DNA of 64,000 nt from a virus (taxonomy: Duplodnaviria > Caudoviricetes): positions 32,001-96,000 of the IMG/VR virus record IMGVR_UViG_3300032327_000953. One strand, written 5' to 3'. Position 1 is the first letter of the stretch. Every line of letters starts with the position of its first letter. The translations under genes were made by a program, and so were the position numbers. This document shows positions 11,501-22,586 of this stretch, piece by piece. The notes below the pieces were generated by a model. The model saw nothing but the letters and a program-made list of their open reading frames with translations. It was not told the DNA's origin and did no database searches.

Positions 11501-12963
11501 ATCGTATTAACATTATAGTTTGTGTTATATGCAACGGTGGGGACTGATTTGATAACAAGCTGTGCTGGATCAGTTCCGATAAATCTTTTCCATGCGTAAG
11601 GTTGATTTTCATATATACTAAGTGGATGATAAATTGTAATAAGATTTTGACTATTATCAAATTTTTGTATATTATATATGGCTGATGTTGTTGAGTCATA
11701 ATTATCAAAAGGTAGTATGCCTCTACGATCAAATGGAACAAGATCTGACTTTAATATTGGATTTACTTTTTGTATTGGAACAACCGTATCTGGCGGTATG
11801 ATTATTGGTGTTGAAGATATTTCTGTTGGATCTACTAGTTCCAATTCCCAATATGCTATTTCTTCGACATCTCTTGGTGTTGTATATTGAAAATAAGGAG
11901 ATTTAACATAGTTGAAAAAAACATCTGGAGTCAAACAACAAGGAATTGAAACAGAATCTTTGCATTCATTTTGATAGGATGGCCATGGTGCTCCAATAGC
12001 TAAAGACTTATTTGCTGAGTATTTTGTATTATCTTTTAAAAATTGCTGAAAACCTTCCAAAATATCATTATCAGCATTAATAGATCCAGCAGCATTAGGT
12101 CCTCTCCATTCAAGATAATCTGTATATGCTTCAATATTCAAAAAATTCTCAAGTACAACATTTTTTTGAAAATATTTAGCTAAATTAAATGGTTCTGTTT
12201 TCTCAACAATACTTTTAATATACATTTGTATAGTTGGCTGGTCAGCTGCGTATGATGAGGTACGCCAGTTCATACCAGTTGATATTTGTAATGGAGATTT
12301 TTTAAGAATCTGAGAGTCTACTGCAAATGGAGCCGCAGCATCAGGAGCTCTATATCTCCAATAATCAATGGCACCAGAACCAATAGAACCATTACCTTCC
12401 GTGAAAAGAGGAACTGCAATATAAATTAAATTTTTGGTTAAATCATTTATAGTGGGATATAAATTTTTAAGTAATGTAATACTTCCTAAATCGGGTTTTT
12501 CCCAACGTTTATTATTTTTACCAGGAAGATTTGTTTGAGTCCATGACCCACCATAGTTGCCCTTTAGTCCAAGACTATCAAAAAGATTATAATAACAACG
12601 ATTACCATTAACAACATTAGAAGCTGAAAAAGAAGACACTAACTCTTTGCATCTTATGCGAAGATTTTTCATTCTATTTGGATAAATTCTAATAACATAA
12701 GTACTATTTGGAGAATTAGAACCATCTTTAGAAACAATTTCTATATCATAGTCATTTTGACCGCCATAGTCCAAAGCTTTGCCTTGAGTAACCTGATATT
12801 TGGTATCGATAAGTAACCATTCCCAGCCATAATCAGATCCAACAATTTTAGTTTGACGGCTACGCGTACTGATAGAAGTTATTGCCATATTGGCTGAATT
12901 AGTCATAGGATAACTAGTTTTAATATATGACAGTATTTCTTTACCAGTTTTTTGTGATGGCAT
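8560..12963 (-). CDS. Tail fibre or adhesin (1467 aa) with a LamG/concanavalin-A-like domain and three Pro/Thr-rich linkers
   Basis: [12 protein letters not shown]...[13 protein letters not shown]...[19 protein letters not shown]...[20 protein letters not shown] (about 9780-10470) is typical of phage LamG fibre domains. TPT-rich blocks lie at about 10480-10710, 9380-9780 and 8680-8990. Confidence 0.75.
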
Positions 12964-12979
12964 AATTCAAATTTCCTAA

Positions 12980-14518
12980 TTATTGAAAACGTGTAGGAGT
13001 TGGAGTGGGAGTTGGTCTAATACCATAATGTATTCTGCTGGTAGTTGGAGTAATGCTTGGAGTTACAGATGGAGGACAGAAGTTTTCGTCACAAACAGCT
13101 AAAGTCAAGTAAGATGTTGTAACAACACCAGTATCAAGATTGATAAGTCTCACTTCAACAATAGTTCTTACTTTATCAGAAATACTTATATATGTTCCAA
13201 ATTTTTGTGAAGAAAATCCAGTGGATAAATATCCTGAGTTCGGCTCAAATATTGTTCCGATATCATTATCTAAATCTTTAGGGAATGGAACACCCTTATC
13301 AAATACTCTGAACTCGTAATAGTAGTTAGCAGTATCATTAAGATTATTTGCTGTAACTCCAATGAATATTTTAGCACAGCTTTCGCAATTATCTATCTTC
13401 AATAATGAACCATCATCAAATGATACCATATGTCTAGGTAGTGTTGGGGTAACTGTGGGCGTTGGAGTTGGCATATTAGAAACTCTATCAATATCAAAAC
13501 AATAATTGTCTTCTGATAGTATAGCTTTAGTTGTTTTATCTACTAGTTTAATATACAAATCATAATGTCCTGGATAACTAATATAAAGAGTTCTATTAAT
13601 ATACCAATCATTAGGAATACTTTTTATAGTAAACTCAGCATCATCAATAATGTATTTTTTAGTTCTGATTAGGTATTCTGAATCTTCTAGCTCAGAAAAT
13701 GTTCCATATCCATCATATTCATATAGTCCATCAATACTATAGTCCTTATTAACTAGCCAGACTATACTACGATCTTCTAAACTAGAACTAAATTGTGAAA
13801 TTAATGTATTGTTATTAACTAATAGTTTTTTATTACTGCCACTCAAGGATAATGATGTTTTCTGTAAAATTATTTTATCTAAAACTCTAACATACTCTGG
13901 ATCAGGACAACTTACCAAGTCCAACATAACATCATATTCATTAAGATCTGATGCTCCAGAAATTTTAATGGTAATGGGGAATGGTTTCTGCTCTTTGAAG
14001 TTGAGATCAACTTGGTATCTCTGAGTTTTATCGTCTCCAGTGAAGCCTAAATTAATAGCATTGCTAAATGTTATATCTTTTTCAATCATTAATGAAGGAG
14101 CATATGTGGTGTCAAAATCATACCAAGTATATGGAAGTTCAGCTCCAGCTTTGTTAAAAATTATAATGCCCTGACCGGGATCTATTCTTTTTAGCTGATT
14201 AAACTTGTCTGTTACTCCAAAAAATCCCAAATAACTAGAAGAATTATTTGGATCAATAGCATATATCTTTTCTATTTTATTAAAAAATTCAGCATAATAT
14301 CTAGTTAATGATCCATTATTAAAAATATATAGTCCATTTTCTTTTGGTTCATTTTGCTTAGTTAATAAAACTAAATCGTTATTTACAAAATATGGATTAG
14401 TTGCATTGTTTATATTGATATTAACATCAAGAGTATAATCTGGAACTAATCTAAAAGGTTCGGTTCCTTTGTATTTTGTAATAGTTACCAAGTCATTAAT
14501 AATGTGTGAATTTATCAT
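12980..14518 (-). CDS. Virion-associated protein (512 aa) with Pro/Thr linkers
   Basis: DLVLLTKQNEPKENGLYIF resembles the VLVKxQ...NGIY motif of phage fibre or collar proteins; contains TPTPT tracts; sits in the fibre cluster. Confidence 0.55.
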   Translation of the reverse strand: MINSHIINDLVTITKYKGTEPFRLVPDYTLDVNININNATNPYFVNNDLVLLTKQNEPKENGLYIFNNGSLTRYYAEFFNKIEKIYAIDPNNSSSYLGFFGVTDKFNQLKRIDPGQGIIIFNKAGAELPYTWYDFDTTYAPSLMIEKDITFSNAINLGFTGDDKTQRYQVDLNFKEQKPFPITIKISGASDLNEYDVMLDLVSCPDPEYVRVLDKIILQKTSLSLSGSNKKLLVNNNTLISQFSSSLEDRSIVWLVNKDYSIDGLYEYDGYGTFSELEDSEYLIRTKKYIIDDAEFTIKSIPNDWYINRTLYISYPGHYDLYIKLVDKTTKAILSEDNYCFDIDRVSNMPTPTPTVTPTLPRHMVSFDDGSLLKIDNCESCAKIFIGVTANNLNDTANYYYEFRVFDKGVPFPKDLDNDIGTIFEPNSGYLSTGFSSQKFGTYISISDKVRTIVEVRLINLDTGVVTTSYLTLAVCDENFCPPSVTPSITPTTSRIHYGIRPTPTPTPTRFQ

Positions 14519-14523
14519 TATGA

Positions 14524-15168
14524 TTAGATCATTTCTACTTTAATAACGCCTAAAGAACTATTATCATACGTTCCATCCTTGAATTTTGCAGATAATGGGA
14601 TGGGCTTACCATTAATAATATACACGAACTCAAATCCCTTCTCCGCATAATCTGCTACAGCCGATACTCTAGCAACCACTTCAAATGGGCCATCTATTTT
14701 TGATGCAAATAGAACATTGTAGGATTGTGGTAGTCCATTGATTGGTGATAATATGGGATTGAATCGTATTGAGTATCCTGTGGTTGTGCTAATGCTAATT
14801 CCGTATTTGGCTACATTGTAGGTTAGCTCTGTAAAGTTGTCTGGGGCCTCTAGAATAAAACCATAATTATTTGAGGGTAAAGTATTGCCATTTAAACATA
14901 CGGTGATTCCTGGGAAGTATACGATGTCCCCGGTTACTAATTTGGTATATAGATTACCTGTGATAGCATTTAGTACCAGTTCTCCCACTACCAGATCGTC
15001 TGAGCATGGATGATTAGTTGTGGTTTCGTCTCTTTTTAATACTATTCTATTTTGATAAGGTATAAATCCATCAACAATAGCTTTATGGTCTATAATAGCT
15101 GGTGGTTCTGGTTGAGTATTATTTGATTGATCAAATTTTGGGGCGCTAAGATTTTTTGGAAAAGACAT
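14524..15168 (-). CDS. Fibre-associated protein (214 aa) with an Mtd/hyaluronidase N-terminal-like motif
   Basis: IVLKR...LVVGELVLNAITGNLYTK resembles the IxLKR...GE...D...LY N-terminal attachment motif of phage fibres. Confidence 0.55.
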   Translation of the reverse strand: MSFPKNLSAPKFDQSNNTQPEPPAIIDHKAIVDGFIPYQNRIVLKRDETTTNHPCSDDLVVGELVLNAITGNLYTKLVTGDIVYFPGITVCLNGNTLPSNNYGFILEAPDNFTELTYNVAKYGISISTTTGYSIRFNPILSPINGLPQSYNVLFASKIDGPFEVVARVSAVADYAEKGFEFVYIINGKPIPLSAKFKDGTYDNSSLGVIKVEMI

Positions 15169-15175
15169 ACTTCAC

Positions 15176-18100
15176 CTAATTGGTCCCTTCTTCACAAACA
15201 TTGGTTTGATTATTACATTGTCCTCTAAATTTTACCACTCCACCATCTATAGTACGGAAATTTTTAAGTTCATCAACATATAGAGATGTTATTTTGATAT
15301 TTCCGACCATGCTAAAATTAGCAAAAACTGGAGCATATTGCTTTGGATTAGTTTCGCTAATTGGCTGATCTGGCTTTTCTCTATATTCTCTTATTGATGT
15401 TACTAATAGTGGCGATAGTGCCGAATAGTTGAAGACTAGTTGTTTAGTTGGACCTTTTTGATCTGGAGCTTGATAGTCTAAATATTTAAGATGACTTCCA
15501 GATACCAATCCCTTGTAACTAAATAATAATGACTGATCTTCTATAATAGTTCTACCACTATTATCTTTAGAACCAATCATCAATCCATCAGTATAAGTCA
15601 AACCTCTAACCGAAAGCTGAGCATACTGTGGCAGTGAGTCTTTGGCTCCAACAACCACGATATCATCAACAACCTTTGTGGTTTTTACTAATTGACGTTT
15701 AACTATTCTATACTTTACTTGACTATTAACTATACCACCAGTAGTATTTCTAGCAATATTACCAATCTTATTTTCTATCATTCCAAGATTAATATCTTTG
15801 AAAGAGATGTTGATAGAACCAGCAGCAACAGATTTTACAATAGCCTTGGTATCTTGATATGTATCATAAATAATTTCAACTATATCTCCAACTTTAATAT
15901 CTGTAGTAATACCAGTAATCTTATTGTCTGATTCAGCGTATGTTCCAATTAGATAGTCTGAATATAGATTATAGTCATAGTATAATTCGCTATTTATATT
16001 CTTTTCTAATTCTGGAGTTACATTAGTAATAGTCTTTTCGCCAAATCCATAGATAAATGGAATCTTGCTATTAATCTGAACAGTATTAGTTTTATTCTCT
16101 GCTACAATTAAAGAAGGAACAGAGTTTTGTTTGGTTGAACCATATACTGCAAAATTGATATTCTTACCATTTGCATTAAAGGCTGTCTCTATATTCTCTC
16201 TATTACTAATTACCGTATCTGGTGTTGTTCCTGGGAAATTGAATGTTAGGTAGCCGCCAATGCTTTCAGAAATGATAGCGACTTTTCTTAATGCTGAAGA
16301 AGAGTCTAATAGGTATGTTGCGTCTGCGACTTTAGATAATGTCTTATCTAGAACCACTGTTGTTCTGTTAGATCTATTATTTATAGCCTGACTTAAGTAT
16401 GTGGTATTTAATCCAACAACTCTGGCTCTTTCTATAAAACCAACTTCTGATAGCTGTCCATTAACCTCGGACATATACTTGTAATAGATTCTAACAATAT
16501 CACCAATATTGAATCGACGAGTTGCATCTCCATCAATAACAACTTCGGTAGTCTGTGATTCATTATTAAAATCTAATAAACCAGCCAAGGCATTAGTATA
16601 TCCATAATAGAATAAGTTTTCAGTACCATCAATATTCATTTCATTAGCATTGAGTGGTAGAGAAGATTCATTAAAGTTATTGATAAAATCAGTTTCTCTA
16701 TTTGGTAGAGGGTTCTTAGCAAATAATAAGCTATTTCTTGTAACCCCTCTTAGTCTCAGAACTGGATTTGATGTAACATTCTCATTTGTTATATTGATAT
16801 TATCTCTATACAATCTGGCACTATCAGAATCTAATCCTTCTACAGCAGTATTTGACACTATGCTTATTGGATCTAGTGGACCTTCTGTTAATTGAACATT
16901 TTGAACTCCAGCATTTCCTGTGGTTGTTAGAGTATTATTTGAAGAAACAGAACCGCCAAGAGGTGTCCATGTTGCTAGTCCATAGCTGTCGGACATCAAA
17001 ACCATTCCTTGAGTTGTCTCAAAGATTGGCTGTCCCTTAGCATCTACTGCTTCAATTAGCTGTCCATCAGCATTTGTTGTTAACGCTCTTCTGAAACCCT
17101 GTCCAATTCTAAGACCACTAGATGCTATCCAGCCTCTAACAGTAAGATCTGCAAAATTAAGACCACTTTGTACTGGATCGCATGGTTCGCACACATTAGC
17201 AGGAACCTTGGCTGGAAGCCAGCTTGGACGATCCGTATGAATCATAAACGAATTAATAGAAGAATTGAAATAGAATGCTGGAACTGTGGTTAGGAATGGG
17301 AAGCTAGCATCTTCTCGTCCTAATCCGGCTTGTTTCCATGATGCGTACTGACTAACATTTCCAAAAAGGAATTTGGATACTGTATCGTGAGGATATTTGG
17401 ATCCCGTACCATAAATAACAAAGTCTATTTCATCTCTACCTAAATTAAATGCTGTTGGTACTGCTCTTTGTATTGTGGAATATTTACCCTCTAATGGATT
17501 GGATCCTGGGCTAGTTGAGCTTGCGGTTTGGTCATAGAACCACCAACTTTGATACTGCTTACCTTCATATGTTCCTCCAACCATTGGTCTAATAATATTG
17601 AAATCATTGGTAGTTGGATTTGTAAATGGTGCAAGGTGCGGAGAAACTAGCTCATCATAGTTATATTTGTATTTGGGGACAACATAACTATTTTTACCAG
17701 CAAAATCTTTTTTGGGAATTGTAGATAGAATAATTTGTGGGGAAGATAGTCCGCCTGGGAATAGTTGGTTGGCTGGATCAACATCTTCACCCTTATCCAA
17801 ATCAACAGGTTGTGAATAGTCTAGTTTTCTTCTTCCAATACTAAATATAGACTGTTGTGCTTGACCAGCTTTTTCTAGATGTCTCTTAAACTCACTATTA
17901 GACCCGGCAATAGTATCAGATGGAGTTATATATGCTGCTGATTCTGGGATGAAGTATAGAGCATTATATTGTCTTGGAATAAAATGACTTGTATCTGTTT
18001 TTTGTTTGGCTTTAGCTAGATCTACTAACTTCTGGATATAGTCTATACGACCAGGATTAACAGCTAATAATTTTTCAACATCCTCAATTGGATAGCCACC

Positions 18101-21100
18101 AACAGATCTTCTATGCTCATCCAAAGTCATAACTGCATACTTATCAACACTCATAAATTGATCAAATAGTAATCCGCTTCTGCTAATATTACAGCCAGAT
18201 GGTTCGTAAGTCATGGTATTCAACTGCCATGATTGATTTTGAACTATCGCAGTTGTGCTAATTGGTTGTACTTTACCATTAGTAGCTGGAGTTCCACTAT
18301 AATAGACTAATGTTCCTGGATATCCACTAACATCAATTTTAATACCAGCAACCCATTCGGCATTACCTTCACCATCTGTTGCAGATAAGAAGTATCCTGG
18401 GGCGGCTCCGCTATGTAGCACTAAACGATCAGTATCCAATATATCAGTCATTATACCAGAAGATTTGATATTACCATTAACATCTAATGCATGTTGTGGG
18501 TAATTATTATTAATACCAACATAACCATTTCCACTAGACAAAACAGAAAATACTGATGGTTTATATATGCTATCATTTAATACATTGAAAGAATTTTCAA
18601 TAGCATCTGAATTGATAATAACACCACGTACATAAACGCCGGTACCAACAAGCTCCCCTGGAACAGAATATGTTGTTGGGGGATTGGTATTTGGATTAAT
18701 AACAGTAGTTCTTACTCCGTCTTTTTTGCCTCCAAGATCAAAAACCTTAATAGCATTAGTATCAAAACCAAGTTTAATAGAATTTGGATCAGTATTTTTA
18801 AGATCAAAACCCAATGCCCCTTGGAATAATGATTCTGAAGATGGAAAGGCTGGCTTAATATCCTTGGCTGTTCCATTAGCATTAAGAGTATATGTAAGTG
18901 GTTTATAAATTTGATTATTCTGTCCAACTATTAGACCAGAAGCTGATGATACATCGCTAAGTTTGTGCCAGTCTATGCCGATTTGATTGTTTGATCCAGC
19001 AATTGTCGCATATGTTGATCCTATAACTGTATTACCACTACCATTAACGTTTGTAGATCCATCATTATAGTGGGCAATGCTGAATGTGAGGGTGCTAGGA
19101 ATCTGGTTAGGATAGTATTCTTCTATAAATGTAGAAATAGATACTCTATTAGCTAATACTTGAGGTGTTCCAGGATAATAGGCATCAAAGAATATTGCCT
19201 TAAAGCCATTAACAATCTCTGGGGCTTTAGATATAGCGCCAATATATGTTGGAATTGGTATACCATTATCATAAATTTGAACAATAGCTTTATCGGTAAT
19301 AGCATACTGCCAAGAAACATCATTATTCAATAACAAGCATTGGTATGTTGTACTATATGTTCCGCTTCCTATGATGGTATGATTAATTCCAGTGAAATCA
19401 TATCTACCTCTATCATCATAGACCAGAGGAATAGATAGTCTTTGACCCTTAGCAATGATAGTATTATCTTTACCAAAAATTTGAGAATGACTATTAACCG
19501 AAAGATTATCTGTACCAACTACCTGAGTATCTCCATTTATAGCATTATTACTACCTACTACAATATTTCCACTAGCAGATACTGTATTGTCACTGCCAAT
19601 AATGGTCGATTCGGTTAGTCCACCTTTGTTGTTGAAGCCGATATGAATATGATCCATTAAGCCACTAGCGGCATAGTTATTAGTTAACAGTATGTTTCTA
19701 TCGCCAGAAATATTATTGTCGGATCCTAGGATAGTATTATCATAACCATTGACCGATACACCATGACCAACTATTAATCCAGATGATCCAACTACAGTAT
19801 TTTCATTACCTACATTGATAACTGGTCTAGAATATTTAGCAATTAATTCATCTTGTTTAGTTACTGAGAGAATATTAATGCTTGTGGCAACTCCGGTAAA
19901 AGCCACTCTTGGTTCTATTACCAGATTTGTTAGCACAGCATAAGACGATTGAACAACCCCAGACCCAACAATACCATTATTAACAGAATATAAGAGCTTA
20001 TCGTCAACTCTAAAATTGCCGATTAAACCAGAACTACCAGCACTAGTAAATTTAGTGCCGTTATCTGTTACTGCGAATAATATTGATGTTGAAGGTATAT
20101 TATATACATTTTTAATAGTATTATTTGTACCGATCAATAAACTATTATTAATACCAGAACTTACGACATTATTCTGCCCAACAAAAGTAGAATACTTATA
20201 GTTGTTATTATCGAAAGTGTTATTAAGTCCATATATTGTTGATTCTGTGAATATTCCAGATAGTTTAGCATTGGCACCAACTAACAAGTTATCTTGTCCA
20301 GTAAGCTGATTGTTGTAGCCTAGAACAACATTATCAGAACCACTAACTCTAATATTAGAGCCGACACCTAGAATATTATTACCTGTTGCTGAAATACTGG
20401 TACCAACTATTGTTCCAGAAGAACCTATGAATAGTCCAGAATTTCCAATAGTTACACTATTTGTACCACTACTTCTTATGTTATTACCCATAGCTAGCAT
20501 ATTGTTTCCGCTAGCAACGATATTTGATCCAACAGAAATACTATTTAAAAGATTGATAGTATTATTAGAGCCAATAAGAGTTGATAATGATGAGATACCA
20601 ATATTATTATTGCCTACTGATAAACCACTAACTACTGTTAACGAGTTATTATTACCCAAGATTACGCTATTAATGGTGCCAGAGCCTATGGTATTCAACG
20701 AACCATTAAGCATTAAAGCATTTATTCCGCTACCAGTATTACGATTACCAAATAAGATAAGTCCACTGGCATCAAAAGTATTTACATTACCAACAATAGT
20801 AGAATAATCAGAAGTACTATGTGTATTAATAATATCAGAGATTTTCTGAGTTTTGATATTATTGAGATTTCCAAATACTGATAAATTATTACCACTAGCA
20901 GAAATATCACTACCAATAACGATTATATTATTACCAGATAGTTTGCTGTCGCTACCGATAACAAAGTTTGATGTTCCATAATATCCAACAGCAACAGTTT
21001 CATCGATAGCTGTCCACTGACCAATATTCGCAATATAATATCCATTTAATACATTGTTATTAGTAACCTGTACGATATCTCCAGATTGTAGATCGTCTAA

Positions 21101-22573
21101 ATCATTCCATTCTAATCCAGATAGAGTACTAATATTGGCTTCTGAAAGATTATATTTTGCGCTATTTTTAATAAAGTCTATACTATTATTGGAACCCAAC
21201 ATATATACATCATTAACATGATCTAATGTGTTGTTATCTCCAACAATCTTACTATTTGTTGTTTTATGAGTTGTATTATCCTTACCAAAAACACCAACTT
21301 GTGAAGATGATGAGAGATCATTATTGCCAACTTCTAAATTAGCAAGATCAAGCTTCATCACATTATATGGAGATCCAGATACATCAACATTAACTAGAAA
21401 CTGACCACTAGAATGTCCTTTATTTGGATTTAGTATTTTTGATTGTATTTGAGCATAGTTTATAACATTTCTATTGCTATTTCTAGCAGACATATTAAAA
21501 CTACCACCAATGCTACCAACTGCTGGAACAACATCAGGATTATTAAATAGAGTTAATGCAACACCAGCTGATCCGCATGTTCCCTCAAATACGGCACATC
21601 TACCAACCATATGAAAGTTTGGTGAAGATTCATATAAAGGTAAACTTGGAGTATTGATAGCAACTTTACCATCTTTTGTTACAGCAAAGAAGTTTCCACT
21701 ATTTAATTTTACACTTATTGGATATATACCAGAACTTTTAATTTGTGATGAGCTTAATACAACATCAGCATTAAGAATATTATTATTTTCTCCAAAATAT
21801 AAAGTCTTACTAGTATTATCCCAGAATGCTTTGCCACCAGAAGCTACGCTATTTTTGTTAAATTGTAAGGAATTATTTGTGCCGCCAACTACTGATCCAG
21901 CACTTTCTCCAGCCAATGCTTCTGTTGAGAATAGCTTATACCATAATCCACCAGATGTTGCAGCTAGCTCAAGGTAATTTCCAACTCCACTTAATGAGAT
22001 ACTAGAGACCGAGGCGCCACCATTAACTACAATATTATTACTTCCAGAAGCATTGATATTTAGAATATCTGAGCCATTGGTCTTGGATGAAACTAAAAAT
22101 CCATACTTAACATTTTCTGTATAAATATTTGCTGGGGGTAGACTAACATTAATACTACCACTAAGAGCAACAACATAGTCTGATGTTTGTAGTTCTGGGA
22201 CAAATGAAGAATTTTTGGTGATTAGCTCATTAGCTGAAACTCTATGGTTGGCAGACGCATCATTAAATACTGTGACTTCTCCATAGGTGCCGCCAACTAG
22301 TGTTCCATATTTAGCTAGTATCCTTTGAACATATAATTTACGATATCCAAAATTATCAACATCATATGTGGCTATAACTACAACATATGCATTTTGTGTT
22401 GTTTGTTGAATTTTAACATAAAGTACATCCCCAACACCAACATTATTAGTAAATGGTCGATATCCATTTAGCAGTAGGCCTGTGTCTATGAATTGTACTA
22501 TTGTTGGATTGGACGATCCATCAAGAGTTAGTGTTCCTAGTTCTCCAATCAGATCATAAAATTTGATAGACAT
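15176..22573 (-). CDS. Long trimeric tail fibre or tail-tip protein (2465 aa) with YadA-like beta-roll repeats
   Basis: Directly follows the TMP. Many short GxxNxI/V repeats (GSNNSI, GNNNIG, GTNNTI); fibre-shaft motifs LQFNKN, GYVGINNNYPQHALDVNG and GYFLSATDGEGNAEW. Confidence 0.75.
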   Translation of the reverse strand: MSIKFYDLIGELGTLTLDGSSNPTIVQFIDTGLLLNGYRPFTNNVGVGDVLYVKIQQTTQNAYVVVIATYDVDNFGYRKLYVQRILAKYGTLVGGTYGEVTVFNDASANHRVSANELITKNSSFVPELQTSDYVVALSGSINVSLPPANIYTENVKYGFLVSSKTNGSDILNINASGSNNIVVNGGASVSSISLSGVGNYLELAATSGGLWYKLFSTEALAGESAGSVVGGTNNSLQFNKNSVASGGKAFWDNTSKTLYFGENNNILNADVVLSSSQIKSSGIYPISVKLNSGNFFAVTKDGKVAINTPSLPLYESSPNFHMVGRCAVFEGTCGSAGVALTLFNNPDVVPAVGSIGGSFNMSARNSNRNVINYAQIQSKILNPNKGHSSGQFLVNVDVSGSPYNVMKLDLANLEVGNNDLSSSSQVGVFGKDNTTHKTTNSKIVGDNNTLDHVNDVYMLGSNNSIDFIKNSAKYNLSEANISTLSGLEWNDLDDLQSGDIVQVTNNNVLNGYYIANIGQWTAIDETVAVGYYGTSNFVIGSDSKLSGNNIIVIGSDISASGNNLSVFGNLNNIKTQKISDIINTHSTSDYSTIVGNVNTFDASGLILFGNRNTGSGINALMLNGSLNTIGSGTINSVILGNNNSLTVVSGLSVGNNNIGISSLSTLIGSNNTINLLNSISVGSNIVASGNNMLAMGNNIRSSGTNSVTIGNSGLFIGSSGTIVGTSISATGNNILGVGSNIRVSGSDNVVLGYNNQLTGQDNLLVGANAKLSGIFTESTIYGLNNTFDNNNYKYSTFVGQNNVVSSGINNSLLIGTNNTIKNVYNIPSTSILFAVTDNGTKFTSAGSSGLIGNFRVDDKLLYSVNNGIVGSGVVQSSYAVLTNLVIEPRVAFTGVATSINILSVTKQDELIAKYSRPVINVGNENTVVGSSGLIVGHGVSVNGYDNTILGSDNNISGDRNILLTNNYAASGLMDHIHIGFNNKGGLTESTIIGSDNTVSASGNIVVGSNNAINGDTQVVGTDNLSVNSHSQIFGKDNTIIAKGQRLSIPLVYDDRGRYDFTGINHTIIGSGTYSTTYQCLLLNNDVSWQYAITDKAIVQIYDNGIPIPTYIGAISKAPEIVNGFKAIFFDAYYPGTPQVLANRVSISTFIEEYYPNQIPSTLTFSIAHYNDGSTNVNGSGNTVIGSTYATIAGSNNQIGIDWHKLSDVSSASGLIVGQNNQIYKPLTYTLNANGTAKDIKPAFPSSESLFQGALGFDLKNTDPNSIKLGFDTNAIKVFDLGGKKDGVRTTVINPNTNPPTTYSVPGELVGTGVYVRGVIINSDAIENSFNVLNDSIYKPSVFSVLSSGNGYVGINNNYPQHALDVNGNIKSSGIMTDILDTDRLVLHSGAAPGYFLSATDGEGNAEWVAGIKIDVSGYPGTLVYYSGTPATNGKVQPISTTAIVQNQSWQLNTMTYEPSGCNISRSGLLFDQFMSVDKYAVMTLDEHRRSVGGYPIEDVEKLLAVNPGRIDYIQKLVDLAKAKQKTDTSHFIPRQYNALYFIPESAAYITPSDTIAGSNSEFKRHLEKAGQAQQSIFSIGRRKLDYSQPVDLDKGEDVDPANQLFPGGLSSPQIILSTIPKKDFAGKNSYVVPKYKYNYDELVSPHLAPFTNPTTNDFNIIRPMVGGTYEGKQYQSWWFYDQTASSTSPGSNPLEGKYSTIQRAVPTAFNLGRDEIDFVIYGTGSKYPHDTVSKFLFGNVSQYASWKQAGLGREDASFPFLTTVPAFYFNSSINSFMIHTDRPSWLPAKVPANVCEPCDPVQSGLNFADLTVRGWIASSGLRIGQGFRRALTTNADGQLIEAVDAKGQPIFETTQGMVLMSDSYGLATWTPLGGSVSSNNTLTTTGNAGVQNVQLTEGPLDPISIVSNTAVEGLDSDSARLYRDNINITNENVTSNPVLRLRGVTRNSLLFAKNPLPNRETDFINNFNESSLPLNANEMNIDGTENLFYYGYTNALAGLLDFNNESQTTEVVIDGDATRRFNIGDIVRIYYKYMSEVNGQLSEVGFIERARVVGLNTTYLSQAINNRSNRTTVVLDKTLSKVADATYLLDSSSALRKVAIISESIGGYLTFNFPGTTPDTVISNRENIETAFNANGKNINFAVYGSTKQNSVPSLIVAENKTNTVQINSKIPFIYGFGEKTITNVTPELEKNINSELYYDYNLYSDYLIGTYAESDNKITGITTDIKVGDIVEIIYDTYQDTKAIVKSVAAGSINISFKDINLGMIENKIGNIARNTTGGIVNSQVKYRIVKRQLVKTTKVVDDIVVVGAKDSLPQYAQLSVRGLTYTDGLMIGSKDNSGRTIIEDQSLLFSYKGLVSGSHLKYLDYQAPDQKGPTKQLVFNYSALSPLLVTSIREYREKPDQPISETNPKQYAPVFANFSMVGNIKITSLYVDELKNFRTIDGGVVKFRGQCNNQTNVCEEGTN

Positions 22574-22586
22574 ACTTGATTACTCT

